Positions 37,883-51,351 of a DNA stretch of 64,000 bases are shown here, in pieces. Source of the DNA: Phoronis australis (taxonomy: Eukaryota; Animalia; Phoronida); assembly GCA_002633005.1 (NCBI GenBank), contig NMRA01000441.1:124001-188000 (forward strand), given 5' to 3'. The position numbers and the translations under genes were made by a program. The notes under the pieces were generated by a model. It searched no databases, was not told the origin of the DNA, and saw only the letters and a program-made list of their open reading frames with translations. The first letter of the stretch is position 1, and each line of letters begins with the position of its first letter.

Positions 37883-38263
37883 AAGGCTGCCCAGGATTAC
37901 ACGGCAATAGAACTCTCCTTTGTCCCGGAGATAAGAAAGCGCGTGACCGCATTTTGGAAATCAGGCACATTTTCGTGTGTTTCGATTGCTGTCGGGAAGG
38001 CGAAGAATTTCAGAACACGCATCCACGGGTATTTGTCCTGTTTATCGAACTTTCTCACGTCGGAGTTGCAGCCCACAGCACAACAGTAATTCTTCATTGG
38101 CATTGGTAGGACGAATAGAGTAAAAGAAACAGATAACATCAAATAAACATGTGAAATTCCAGTGACACGAAAACGAGGCAGAAAATGTGTCTGACACATG
38201 TTTACGGCATTGTGGGTAAATAAAGCGAAATTTGGGTGTCGCTATATAATCCGGGGAGGCCCT
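37883..38263 (-). mobile_element. ISL2EU-like THAP MITE, copy 2 (SIAE intron 1)
   Basis: Homologous to 5106-5489; TIR AAGGCTGCCCAGGATTA / TAATCCGGGGAGGCCCT with AT flanks; MPMKNYCCAVGCNSD...FFAFP. Confidence 0.65.
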
Positions 38264-38389
38264 ATTCACTGTTCACTTTCCATAATCGAAGATTTCACGC
38301 CGCTAGTGCATGACGAATGTCTGGGATCTACGGAGCCCAGACCTGCAGTTGTCGATGCAAGAGTGTCTTTTAACCTTTGTTCACTACAG

Positions 38390-38554
38390 ATGGCAGAAAA
38401 CTGGCATTCGCATCATATTACCAAAATCACATGGTTCTACAGCAGGCACCAGAAAGGGCTAACGTCTGGGGCACTGGAACTCTGGGAAATATTGTGACTG
38501 TCACCTTGACTGGACAACAAGTCAAAAAGGTTTACAAGACCAAGATCATTGAAG
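38390..38554 (+). CDS. SIAE: SIAE exon 2
   Basis: Acceptor cactacag|; LAFASYYQNHMVLQQAPERANVWG matches the SIAE N-terminus (FASY...MVLQ..P..A..WG); donor G|gtaggc. Confidence 0.9.
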
Positions 38555-41111
38555 GTAGGCACATGTAATAGAATGTTAAAGCGACATTAAAATTCGTACT
38601 TTATACCAAGAAAAATCAATTTAGGCCACTTGGGTTATGAAGCTGGACTTCAAATTTCCTCAGTCGATATGTGCAATGTCTGTGCTCAGAAATAACGAAT
38701 AATTTGTTTTTTAAGGCTCATCAGGTCATGGCATGACGTGGAGTTTTAATGAGCTTGGTTTTTGATGACGTAACGAACTGACAGTTCTTTCTGAGCTCCG
38801 AGATCACTTCTAAACTCAGTAAGGAGATTAAAAAATTTTAAACTTTGTGTCAAATACTTAAAAACAGAATTTTATAAAACAGAAAAATGCATATTCTACA
38901 AAAATTGCCATTTTTCTAATTTTAACAATAGATGTACTCCCACGGATATTTTATTTCTTGCTTAATGTATAAGTCTGTAAGTCTTGGGGGGTCTCATAAA
39001 TGAGTGTGAGTATACTATAAGAAGCCAGACAACTTGTGTTCTAACATTGTATCTATCGGATTTATACATGAATAAAATAAAAACACATTTTGGTAACCCA
39101 ACATTTGATTAAGGATAGTTTCTGATATGGAATCCGTCTCTTTTCGTTCCTTTCTCAGATTATAATTGATTCCTAGCTTGGAGAAGAAGTGACAGCTCGT
39201 CAATGCTTCAGACCACGCCCATCAACTGGCATTGATTGTCATAGCGATTCAATTTCATTCAGCAAAGCAGTATGGCCATTACGGGCCTTCCAGAAGTTTT
39301 ATTGTAAGGAATTTCAAATCAGAAAGGATGAGAACACTATGACGTTGCTTTTGGAACACTCCTGTGAAAAAAACCTAATTATTTGATACAGAGTCTTCTG
39401 ATTTCGACCATGACTAAATTATGAAAGTGGTATCAACTTGTTTCTTACTAAAATAAGATCCGATATCTGGGTTTGAAAAGAATTGACAGGTCGTTATTGC
39501 TTGAGTACAAGCTCGTCGAATAGGCTTGTCACGGCGGGTCAATTTTTGCGTCGAGCGATACCAAACTCTCAGTTCCAGAAGCTAAGTCTCATTTGACAGG
39601 ATGCGACGTGTTTCTTTATTTGACAGCAACCGAGTTAAAGCAACTGAAAAACACAAGCACTCATGATACATGGTGGTCTAACAATTAGTGTCTTACTTTA
39701 TGAGTGCTTTTGTGTTGAATTAATGAATAAGTCTTTTACCAGAGTGGTACGTGACCTCATACATACGAAGTGATTGCATTTTCCATATGATTACTAATTC
39801 TTCTTGCGTCTGGTTTGCCTTCCGCGTCAGAATCAAAGAACACAGATGTCTATGTAATGGCCGGTCCATCGTGCAGCTAATGAAGTTTAAAGTCATAAGT
39901 GTCCACGTTCATTTAACTTGAAAAAATAACAAAAGCCATTACAACTACTTACTCACATCATCGTGACCTTAGTGTCTACGGTTCTAGATGATGACGTCAT
40001 TTCCAAATAAAAGTTTAGAGCAATTCTAGAATTCGATATTAAGTTGAACAAATAAAACAGACGCACAGACTTCTTCACATAGTCACCGCCGATCACAAAT
40101 AAATTATGGGGACAATTGGATCTCCACAAACATTTCCGGTCCCAGTGTCTGCTTTAGTTGATTGTCCTGGAATGACGTCATCGAACAAGATAAAATCGTG
40201 CCTCTGTATATGGAAAGTATTACGTATCAGCTGGCGTACCTATCTAAATAGGTTCGAGTTTCAGACAAACAACTTTTCAAATTACAGTTTCAATGAAGTT
40301 AATCCTAGTTTGGAAGTATACCTTTAAGCTTCATACGCCATGGGACATCAAGTGTTGCATAAAAATATTTAAGACAGAGCTTTTTAAAATCTGTACAATA
40401 TTATACGTGATCATAGTGGTTATAGTGGCCTTGCGCAACTGACGTGGCGATCGGGGGGGGGGGTTGGGGGCTATGAGTGGCGACCCAATTGACAGCCTGC
40501 ATTAGTCAACTGTTCCTGGTAGCGAAAGACCATCATAGCAGATTAAACTTCAGCCCCGATTATGTTTCTGTTTCAACTTTCCCTATACTTAAACCCGTGT
40601 CTGCACGATCCGAAAGTCGCATACAGTTGTCCTCTGCCTGGGCGACAAATCGTATACTACAAACGATCGCTGTCTACACGCTGACATGATTTCGTGCAGG
40701 GCTGATACTGAGAGTGGCATTACTGAATGTGATCATTCGTCTTTCCATCTGTAATATTGGTTCGAAGACACAGTTTCGCTCGGACAAGTGTCAAGAATAA
40801 CAGCCGATGATGTTTTGGCAAGCAATACCATTAGTCTTAGAATTTGTCTGTAAAATCGGACTTGTTCTATAGCGACAGAAAATTCAGTGTATTAGACATC
40901 ACGTCCTGAAAAATCGTGTCGCTGCACCTGTCGTCAGCACGGTCCGAATTGTCGAATACAACCGACGGCGTTCGATACTCGCATTCCACATTCGAAACAT
41001 GCAAAACGGAGGATGTTATTGCTTATGTAACACTTGCTTGCGTGTTCACAATGTTTCCTTTACGGTGCAAAAGAACAAACATAAATGACGTCTTTAAACA
41101 CTACCCTATAG

Positions 41112-41299
41112 GATTCTACCCAGATTTGAATACTAAAGCCGGCGTGTGGAAGATCCTGTTGGATGCAATGCCTGCGGGTGGTCCATACACCATTAAAGTT
41201 GAGAATGACAACGGGGACGTGAGTAAGATCGAAGACGTCCTGTTTGGAGACGTTTGGATATGTTCGGGCCAGAGCAACATGGCTTATGCAATGTACAAG
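41112..41299 (+). CDS. SIAE: SIAE exon 3 (catalytic Ser motif)
   Basis: GVWKILL..MPAGGPYTI...DVLFGDVWICSGQSNM (SASA/SGNH block I); acceptor ccctatag| and donor AAG|gtaatt. Confidence 0.93.
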
Positions 41300-42679
41300 G
41301 TAATTCCAAAGGCGATGCTCAATAAAATACATCTCTTTTTCTAATACAAATTTGGTTGAAGACACAACTGTGATTTTTGTTAAACAGCTTTAGTTAATAT
41401 ATACTCTCTCGTAGTATCTGTAGTGTCTCCTATCTCCTATCTTGTGGCGCGCAGTTATGAAGAAAAACACCAAGAGACAAGTTAAAATATTTGGTATATT
41501 TCGAGACCACATGTCTCATAGTCAGGCAAAAAGTGAAATGAACGCGGAGGAAGCGAAATAAACAGTGAAATAAATAGTGACAGCGGGTGGAAGGGCATGC
41601 AAGCAAGGGGTATGAATGTATCACACGGTAGGGAGCCCACAAGCCTAGCGGAACAGAGCCAGCGTGCGGCACACACCTGTAAGCTGCTCATTCAGCACAA
41701 GCTTTTCGTGACTGATCACTAGAATCCAAAATCTTTAACCGAAATGTGTCATTTTCTACGAAGCGAATCGTGGTATTATTTACAATTTATACATAGCCGG
41801 AATCGTGGTATTGTCTACAAATATGTCTTTTGGTGTTTTAATTCATAACTGCACGCCTGAGGATAGGACATTGTACAGAGACTACATGTACCTTCAACCT
41901 TGTCTGCAAGACTCCTAATTTCTATATCTTCCGAGAAATCTCGTCTCCTTCGATGGGATGATCATTGTCTGTCAACGTCATCCCGTCGAATGTCCCTTGC
42001 GTGTTGTTAGTTTGATAACCAGATTATAAATAATGACTATGTTGCAGTTCGAAATGTATTAAATAGTAAATTTTAATATTTTTATCATCAAAGTGCTCAG
42101 ACAAGCGTGCAACAACAAGTTTATATGTCTTAGGAAATATCAGTACTTGCCGTGCGCCGATTCCACCATACATTCTCAGGGTTCCATGATGTACATTCGT
42201 CTTTTCGTTCATATTCTGTAAGTTTGGTGGCGCTTCATGGTTTATTAAATGAAGAAAGACTAAATTATCATGCGTGGCAAAAAGAATGGATCGAACAAAA
42301 ACCTGAAGTGATAATATGATTATGTCCATGTCATTGTCAACGAGGCCTACAACACAATAGGGGTACATAATGAGGTGGTTAGGGACTGGGCAGGACAGAC
42401 TGTCTGGTGGAGAAAAAATCAGCCAACATCACGTGCTCTCCTTGAAAATACTCGGCGATATTTCGCGGAATGTCTCGAGATTATGCTTTACTAGCAAAAG
42501 ACTAGTGTTACTGAACTAGACCCAGGAATATCGGCAAGACAATAAACCTCGAAAAGCCTAATATTTCTCTTTCATTTTAATAGCTGAAGTTTCAATTGAT
42601 GTATATTACAAAAACAACTCATAAACCAACTGTAATCAAGCCTTCGTAATTGAATATAGTTTTTGCTCATGTATCCCAG

Positions 42680-42818
42680 GTTATGAATGCTTCCGATGAA
42701 ATGGGGACGGCTGATTACCATCCTCAAGTTCGCATGATGGCTGTTCAAAGGGTAGCAGGAAGTACTCCCCGCACAGATCTCGCCAAAATTTCTGTGCCGT
42801 GGTCTGTCTCTAGCAGTG
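42680..42818 (+). CDS. SIAE: SIAE exon 4
   Basis: cccag|VMNASDEMGTADYHPQVRMM...PRTDL..ISVPWSVSS; donor G|gtaaga; phases consistent with neighbours. Confidence 0.88.
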
Positions 42819-43352
42819 GTAAGAATCGTTAATTCTTGTGATGAGGTCAAGATGATATAATTATCGTGCTGTTGATCAATAAGTCGGAGCAGGGAATTAT
42901 CCAGAACACCTAGAATATTTTCGTAGCCTCAACTCATGTCTGCTCAAGTATGAACTTCAATCACGACAGCAAGTCATGTGATCATCAAACTTAAAGAATG
43001 CAGACGATCGCATACCCTTGTAATAACAGGCTTAAACCTAACGATACATCAAGGAGTAGACTAGGAGATTAAAATAACGTTCTGTACAACTTCTGCTTGG
43101 CTGAAGCTCATGAAACAACTCGAGGTTACTAAGATGGACGAGATGATTTAGCTGGGCATGGGGTGGTAGATGTAACTGTCAAGAGTCACAGTAATGACAG
43201 CACATAATAACTATAATAAAGCTGGTGGTGATATCAACGATTCCGTTCGGTTGATAGACCACCTGTATTAGGACGTACTGCTAACTACATAAACTTGTTG
43301 CTCATAGTTAAAGTCGTCAGCCATGCATTCACATTCTTTTTTACGTTGAAAG

Positions 43353-43531
43353 CTTTACTGAATGGAAGGATGACCAAGTCGCAAATCTCAGCTGTGTGTT
43401 GGATGTATGGTCGATATCTCAACCAACACCTCAAATATCCTATTGGACTCGTCCATAGCTCATGGGGAGGAACTCCCATTGAAAAATGGTCTTCTTCGGA
43501 ATCCCTTACTCAATGCAAGGTGCCACAAAAC
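43353..43531 (+). CDS. SIAE: SIAE exon 5
   Basis: SAVCWMYGRYL...YPIGLVHSSWGGTPIEKWSS; acceptor aag| and donor AAC|gtaaga. Confidence 0.9.
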
Positions 43532-43639
43532 GTAAGAAACAGATAATGATAATTGTCGCTTATTACAAAAATTGTAGTTTATATGTTGTTGACATGGGAC
43601 AGTTATGCAGTCTTTTGTGAAAATCTCAGTACATTTTGT

Positions 43640-44960
43640 AATACTTCAAGCGAACATCAGTTTATCAGAGGTGCGAGTAAACAGATAACGTGTGTCTAAT
43701 GAAGTAAACTGTCAGCTTACCCGTAGTTGCCGAAAAAAGGGGACATTTCCATAGAATCCGGAACATTTGGATGTACATCGAATGCAAGATTGAAGCAGAA
43801 ACCCAGCCGATACGCAGCGCAAATGACCAAGGAAGTACTGAAGTGCTGAACACTCCTTCAAAGGGAAGATGTGTCTGAAGAACAGATAAATATATGTGTT
43901 GACGGACACAGGATGCACCACCATTGTTGTTCGATTCAGTCTTGTCGAACCAGGAGATATACCGAAAGTGGTCAAGTGAGATGGTAGACCAATATCGACA
44001 CACCGTACTCCACAGGAAAAGTGCTTGCAATGTTCATGGATCGAATGCCAATCGTCAACAAGAATGTGGCAGGAGACAGTCTGCTGGATGGTATAGAAGA
44101 CGACTCTCAAGTATGTGACATTTCTCAAGAGAAGAACCTGTGCATTGGTATCAACTCCAGAGGCAGAGAAGACAGTCTACAGATCGGTTGGAACTGGCCC
44201 CCAAGAATTCTTGCGAGGCAGAGGTAGCTATAATCAACAAGACAGGGCAAAATGGCAAAAGGTAGACATTAAGCCATTAACCCTATCCTCAACCAAAAAA
44301 GAAGTGAGGTGATGGCAGTTTAAGAAAGCCCGGATTCATACCTGGAAAAGCTCTGTAATCAAGCTGAAGCCAAGGTCGAATGACTGGTCAAAGAAAACGG
44401 TTGTACACGATGGAGGTCATATGAGATATTCTCTATCGGTAGTACAATGACAAGAACAGTGACGAGGTGAAATAAGTTGTCGCGCGGAGCAAGTTATAGA
44501 AATTTGTGATGAGACTTTCCCACGAGTTTACAGTCGGAGGATATCTTTGTGCCAGGAAGACAACTGACGTGGCCACCAGAAAGTTCTCCTGGCCAAGAGT
44601 AGCCATAGAGGTGACCTGGTTCTGCAGATCATGTGACATTTGAAATAGGACGATCCCGAAAAGGTGAGCAACCCCAGGTGCTGCTTGGAGTAACGTCCAT
44701 GATGGGTTAGCCATTCAAAAGGATAGCGATTGACCTGGTTGGCCCAATAATTCCATCGCCGGTCATAGGGAACAGGTATATCCTCCAGAAGTAGATTTCA
44801 CTACCACGTACCCCCGAAGCATTGTTAGATGTCTTTAGTAGAGTGGGGTTCCCACGGGGTATACAGAGTGATTGTGAAACACAGTTCACAGCGGCACTGT
44901 TGAATGAGGTCAGCAGACCTGTGAGTGCACAGCAGTTGCATACAACCCCTTGAAACCCAC
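43640..44960 (+). mobile_element. Degraded Gypsy/Ty3 LTR-retrotransposon pol remnant (integrase) in SIAE intron 5
   Basis: FSWPRVAIEVTWFCRSCDI (H2C2 zinc domain), PFKRIAIDLVGP, GNRYIL..VDF.T.YPEA and FSRVGFPRGIQSDCETQFT (rve core); stops and deletions present. Confidence 0.75.
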
Positions 44961-46000
44961 GCAAAAACGGACAGATAAAATTGACGATGTTTCAAACCCG
45001 CTAACAACCAACCGTCTTGCTCGCGTCCCAGGAAATTCCTCCGTCAAGCACGGGATTTTCACCTTTATAGTTGGTGTACGGCAGGACAATGATAGTTCCT
45101 ATGTAAATAGTAACACAAAAGCTCATCACAAGTCAAACTTCTTAGCACTAGATAGAGCATAGAACAAGCATTATGTCGGACGTTTTGTGATTTAACTCGA
45201 ACGGTTCTTCACTGCGTGTATCATCGTACCGAAAGCTATTAGCACCGGTCGGTGACGATCTGAGCCCGCCCATCCATGGCGAAAGAGTAACAATGTCCTG
45301 ATAAGTCAATTTCGTTGTGTTAAAAAGCGGGACATTTTGATGATGTGGTAGGACACTGGGACAAGCTTCCAAAAAGTGGGACAGTCCCTCCTGAATCATG
45401 ACAGTCGCTCCGAAACCGGGACATTCCCATCAAAACGGGAACAGCTGGCAAAGATGCTAACCAAGCAAACCCATGCGTGCCACTTTCTCCTATCCCACAA
45501 GTCTACGCTCTCGGATGTGCACGCATCAATTTTATTCGTAAAACGTCTGTCACCTTTGGGTGCTGTGAGTGGTGAAGGTGAATCTAACCAACTTATTGGA
45601 TTAACATTTACTACCGCTAAAAACTTGCTTCAACTCTGTAGTAAGGCCCTGAACTGTTGTCCAGCTTTCCCACAGCACATTCGACTCGTGTGCGAAAACT
45701 GCCACCGAATTTGAAAGCGATGAATGGCAATTATAACTCGCCTCAATGAATTTGGTACTTTTGCATAGTTGCTAGTTTATTGCAACAACTTTCGAACTGT
45801 GAATATCCATTGTTTATCCCTAATAAAAGCCACCTCGAAATTTATGTTGAAAACAAACCCTTCACTTGCTTTGTAAGCTGTAAAGGGTACATTTTTGGTA
45901 CACAGCAAAGTACAAAAATGAACAGCTGATCCAATAAAATCTTGTAGCTCATTCCAATGGAAAGCAGTTGCAATCGTTTTCATACTTCGTCCATTTCTAG

Positions 46001-46216
46001 AAAATAAACAGCGAAATTTGGAATATGATGGTTCACCCCTTCACGACAATGACGATCAAAGGAGCCATTTGGTACCAAGGGGAATCGAATTCGTTTTCCC
46101 GAACTTCGTACATGTACGCGTGCACCTTTCCCCAAATGATATCTGACTGGAGGTCGAAGTTCAACCAGGGAAGTGGAGGCCAAACAAATCCTCGTTTTCC
46201 ATTTGGATTTGTCCAG
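46001..46216 (+). CDS. SIAE: SIAE exon 6
   Basis: ttctag|KINSEIWNMMVHPF..MTIKGAIWYQGESN...YACTFPQMISDWR...FPFGFVQ|gtattt. Confidence 0.92.
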
Positions 46217-46432
46217 GTATTTTTTCTTTTGATTCCTTTACATTATTGTCTACTACGAAACGTGCTTTTCCTTGTTGAAAGAAACTTATCCCGACATTTT
46301 GTTCTATAAAGTTAATTCATATCTTAGCGGACACGTTCATTAGGACACGTGATAACGTCAAAGAGCCAATTAGTGATTAAAACACTTCTGATATTAACCA
46401 GTATGACCTGTCCAACTCCCTGTTTATTCCAG

Positions 46433-46596
46433 CTATCTGGGTACAAACCTCCTCCGCAAGGCAGCAGTGATAAAGGATTTCCTAACTTGAGATGGCATCA
46501 GACCGCCGACTACGGAATCGTACCAAATCCCGAGATGTCAAATGTGTTTATGTCGGTGGCCATGGATCTTCCAGATTACAAATCGCCTTATGGAAC
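46433..46596 (+). CDS. SIAE: SIAE exon 7
   Basis: FPNLRWHQTADYGIVPNPEMSNVFMSVAMDLPD.KSPYG; donor AC|gtaagt (phase 2). Confidence 0.92.
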
Positions 46597-46854
46597 GTAA
46601 GTTGAAACTAGATCTCTCTTTCCACTATCAGATCTCCGGAGTAGTACAACTCCAGGTGTTTTAGTTCTTTTCATTTTCTTTTATTTTGGACAGTGAAGGC
46701 AACAACTGTGTCGTTTTTCAGAAACTTCAAGTTTGCCGTCAACAAATCCGAAAGAACTATTTAGTTTCCATATACATGCCAGTTTTGAATTGCGTTTAAC
46801 TCAATAACTGATGCTTACGTGACAAATGTCTGATGTTAGTTGCTCCGTTTGCAG

Positions 46855-47044
46855 TATTCATCCGCGACACAAGAGAGATATCAGTGATCGACTAGGTTTG
46901 GCAGCTTTGGGTACCGTCTACGGTCAGAACGTTGACTATCAACATTTATGGCCCAACGCCTTCATCGTCGGGGCTCAGGCGATCACCATTAATTTTGATC
47001 GCAGCAGACGACACTTGGAAGTTCGTGATAGAAATGGAATTGAG
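46855..47044 (+). CDS. SIAE: SIAE exon 8 (catalytic His motif IHP)
   Basis: ttgcag|T-IHPRHKRDISDRLGLAALGTVYG...NGIE|gtacgc. Confidence 0.9.
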
Positions 47045-47936
47045 GTACGCATAGACACTGGGTCAAAACGAGATAAGAATCCACAGTAAACAATGTCAAT
47101 AGCAGGCCCATAGCCGGGGCGGGGTTCGATCGAGGGGTTCGTTCNCCCCCCCCCCCCCCGCCCGCGCGGAAAAGGTCTAGCCCCAGCCTATCCGTTGAAG
47201 ATCGGATATAGATGGAAAACAATAACAAATTTGTTGCAGCTACTGGTACTACTAACTGCAGTGATAACCAAGTTCGTAATAATTTTAATTTACTTTTGAT
47301 TCTAAGAGCTTCACGTAATCATTGGGCCGTACCCTGCCAACTTCGCACGACTGGTGTTTGTGTAGATGGCAGGGTTGTGCAGATGATTACAGGCGGCTTT
47401 GTGTTATTCATCGGCATTGAACGCGCGTGGTGGCTACACCACAGGGTAGCAAGGGAGTCTAGAAATAGATTCTATACCTAACTAAGCTATAGTAGGGAGA
47501 GAGCTACCAAACAGTAGTGCGGTGTGGAATCGACAAAGAGACAAAACAGCAGGTTTGTTATCTGCTATCTTGGTATACGTGCTGGCATGGTGCGGTAATG
47601 TGCAGGTACTTTCAAATTTCGAACCAGTGTCCACTTTGACTGTGGATTGGTGGATTGACATGCATGCTTGCACATGTGTTTGCATTTCCATTCTTTTAAA
47701 TGCAGTGCACGCAGACTATAGGCAGTCCTCCGTCGTTGCTCAAAAACCAGACATTTAACTACCGTGTTTTCTTGCACTGAAAAACCTTGACGAGCACGTT
47801 CACGTTATTAGGGAAAAGTAGGTCGAGATCTAATAAAAATTTTGGTCAATGAAAAAACTCCTTTGTCAATTAGTGTCAGTGGTGTACAGCCTCGCAGACT
47901 TCATACAAGCAACAAACTTGATGGAAAAGATTTCCA

Positions 47937-48766
47937 ACGCTACATGTCACTATTCCAAAGGTTCACTATTTCGAAGGTTCAGTACTCAGAAAGCTCGCTG
48001 CCTTCGAAAGTTTACTATTTCGAATGTCCACAATTCCGAAACCAAAACTACATTTCATTACTCTGATTGTGTACAAATGAGTAGGACATGACGTAAATAA
48101 AGTATTGTATTTGTGTCCATTTATTAACCATTAGGGTGTGCAAGAGTTGAATAGTTCTTAAAACATTGATTACTTTGTTTACAAATGAGCTCAGTTCCAG
48201 TCATTGCCAAGAGTGATTCCATGGGCTCATTCGAAAGCAGGAACAACATTTGAGGCACGAGTGAGAGCTGCGGCGACCAGTGGAGTTTTTGATTTTTGAT
48301 TTTAAAAAGGCTGAATTGGACTCTCTGTCTTCGTGAAGACTGACAGGATCATGGTTTAAATCTACTAACTACATTTAGTTTCGACCCGGCCGTGCGCATG
48401 GTTTCGGTGGGCGAGGTTGAGACGCAGCGACCCTGAACTTTTCAGTCGTGTTGTGAAATGATGTGATCGTGACATGTTTGATAATTTAACAACATTCCTA
48501 CTTCAAGTTCTTTTAAAAATGCAAGTACTTACTCATTTTTTCCGTATTCGGTAAGACGTGTGGGCAATTTTGCATGCGTACCCAGTGTTTTAGTACCCGG
48601 GCGTTGCTTTCAGTATGGATACACCACTCAGAGCATCTAATAACCGAAGTTTCGTTTATTTTTGCATGTAAAAGTTTAAAAATTACTCTTCAGTCTGAAA
48701 TCTTACATATTTTCGGGGTAGTGAACCTTCGAAGTTGTGAACCTTCGGAGTAGTGAGCTGTTACCA
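47937..48766. mobile_element. MITE with tandemly repeated terminal motifs (GAAGGTTCACTA / TAGTGAACCTTC)
   Basis: Left tcactattccaaaggttcactatttcgaaggttc mirrors right tagtgaaccttcgaagttgtgaaccttcggagtagtgag. Confidence 0.55.
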
Positions 48767-48790
48767 TTTCCAGCGATGTAAGCAACTTAA

Positions 48791-50465
48791 AGGAGCATGC
48801 CACCCAAAAAACAACCTAATTTGTATCAATTTAGATCGAGTAGTTCTACTCCATAACGGCAAGTGCGGTTGCGTTACCTGACACATGACGGCAGACGGAG
48901 GTGTTGAAATTATCCAATTACGTCATCGGTTTCACACGCATTCTGTACAGCAGTTCACAACAGGGGTTACTGGTGTCAGCTTATCGCTTGGAATGATCGT
49001 TTAGCACCAATAAATCATCAAACTTCGATGTAAAACCCTTAAAAATACACCGAGTTCGTACAAAAACGTGTTGTTTTATTCCGCTCTTACGGATTTATTG
49101 GTATTTGGACACACCGTAGCCTACAAAGTTCGGCAGGCCAATAACAGGTCCGTAGCAGGAGTTTGGGGTGTGTTCGGAAATAATTTCGAAGTATTTTCCG
49201 TGAGATACAGACAGGAGAACCTAGTTCTGTGTTGTTTAGACTTGTGATTTTCTGAGTTCTAAACACAAAACGCTTGTTATCCTGGCCAGTGGCTCGGAGC
49301 CCGATCAGGCCCGTCGCGGCCGGCCGGATTGATTCGTTATCCCGGCTAGTGGCTCGGAAACTGATCAGACATCACGAACAAACCAGCCAAAGTTCAGTGG
49401 AAACTATACTTCCAGTCAAGAAAATACTATACTAGTGAGCCAAAGTAATGTGCACGTGATTGTGTTGGTGAATTAGCCACGAAACTGCAAATCTACTTGC
49501 TCGTCGGGGACCGCGAATTTAGATTCCGCTTTGGCCACAGCACCGTCAGGGCAGAAGTTGTACATTTACAATCATTGTTTGAGTAATGTAAATGTAAATA
49601 AAGATTCCCCTAACACCTGGTCGTGGGATGGAAATCGAGTTGTTTCACAACAGTTTCTGCCAGGAAACACTAATTTAGCATGAGCTCACACGACCTCACG
49701 GTGCCCCGTCAATTAGTTTTATTGCACCTAAAGCCGGTAAGGCAGTGATAGTATTCATTGCTGGCTTCTCAAATCATTTCGTGCACTCACGAACACTCCA
49801 AAGGCATCTAATGAGCTAGATTTTGTTTAAGTTTTATAAAAGTATTGGTTAGGGTGAGAATAATTCATTTTGAAACAGAACGCACAGTAATAAACGCCAA
49901 CACGGCAGCTCGCAATCCCGACTTAGGACGAGCTAGAGCGGCTCGTCAATCCCGACTTCGCGCAGGTGGATCGTTAAGTTTTACAGGCTATCAATTCGAA
50001 CAGGGATACAGTGAAATACTAGAGAGGCGCCGTGAACAAGCTCAGAAAACGGAACGTATGGAGTTATTTGGTAAGCCGGCATTCGTGAGGCACTGTCAAC
50101 GTCGCCGTCTGCAGGCCACAAACACGGAGATGTTTCACGGCCTCATACTTGCTATTTACATCGTACATTTCATTTTTCACTACCATGAGCCACTTCCTAA
50201 GCATTTTGGACTCTCGGGGAAGTAAAAAACGATATACTCGCTTTCCTCGCGGCTGCTTAGTTCGGACAAGCGGGAACGATACACCGCAACACAGCGGCAT
50301 TCACTCTGCATATGAACCACTGACGTCGCTAGCGTCGTTTCTCACCTTCCTCACAGGTTAACGCGACACCTTTTGGCAAGGTAAGGTCGACCGTATGCGA
50401 GGCGACGTGGAAATAGACCGATTAAGACGGCAAAAAAGTCTAATTAAATCGGGTGGCATTCGCCT
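48791..50465 (-). mobile_element. Kolobok-like DNA transposon deletion derivative with a THAP remnant (SIAE intron 8)
   Basis: TTAA|AGGAGCATGCCACCC ... GGGTGGCATTCGCCT|TTAA (TTAA TSD, purine-purine ends); ORF 50300-50064 MPLCCGV...RF..P...LRKWL...HLRVC is THAP-like. Confidence 0.72.
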
Positions 50466-51351
50466 TTAAAGTAACGCGCAAAAATACAATCAGATACAAA
50501 ACTTCGTCAAGTCATTCTCCTACTTAGTGTTTCTGTCCGAGTATGTAATGAGTTGTAATCATTCATTTAAGCACGCCTTGTTTAAAAGTTTTACAGGAAG
50601 TAACGTGAAAACGTTCTCTTTCTTTATCGCATTACAGTCGAATTTGAGTCCCGTTCCTTGCGAGCAACCGTCACGGCATACTCATTTCTGGTGCGAATTC
50701 CATCTCATCTCACGAACATGGAGCTGAGAGTCATCGTTGTGTTTACAGATTTCACTTCCCAAGCTGCGTCAAGGGCCTTGCCTAAAAACTCTATATAGTG
50801 TCGACGTTTGTAAAATATCAAAGGTCCACCATTATAGAAATTCGGACCATCCCCCGCGCAATACTGGTTACGGCCCTGAACCGTACATCTCCCGCATTTG
50901 GTTCATTCTTGCGGCGTGTGCTGAGTTACTGGGAATATCTGGACATTTAGTTTAGGAGGGTATGGCCACCAGCCTTTGCATGTGGTTTGAAGCCACTGTG
51001 GGAAATTGGAATTCAAAATGTCGGAGAATGTGAAGATGGTCATGGTCTCTTGGGACTAGCCCGGCCTAAACGGTTCTTCCCAGAATCCGCCACTGAGTGA
51101 GACTATTCGATAGGTAAACGCATTTGATTTGTTTGGCACCTATAGAATCAGTCTTTAGGGATTGGCCGGTTTACTTGTCGCATGAAGAGAAGTACAATAT
51201 TTATAATCAAGATACTGAAATTGAAGTCAGCCCGCCACAAGGTGGCGCAGTAACAAAACTACTCAGTATTGTGCGCATGATGTTGCGACGCAAATTAGGA
51301 ATGTTTTCTTGTTCATTTAGTATAATGTTCAGTATCTATTATTTATTTCAG

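Noticed and set aside
47100-47200. C-run with an N in SIAE intron 8
   Set aside because: Ambiguous base inside a small GC-tipped MITE; no effect on the gene model.
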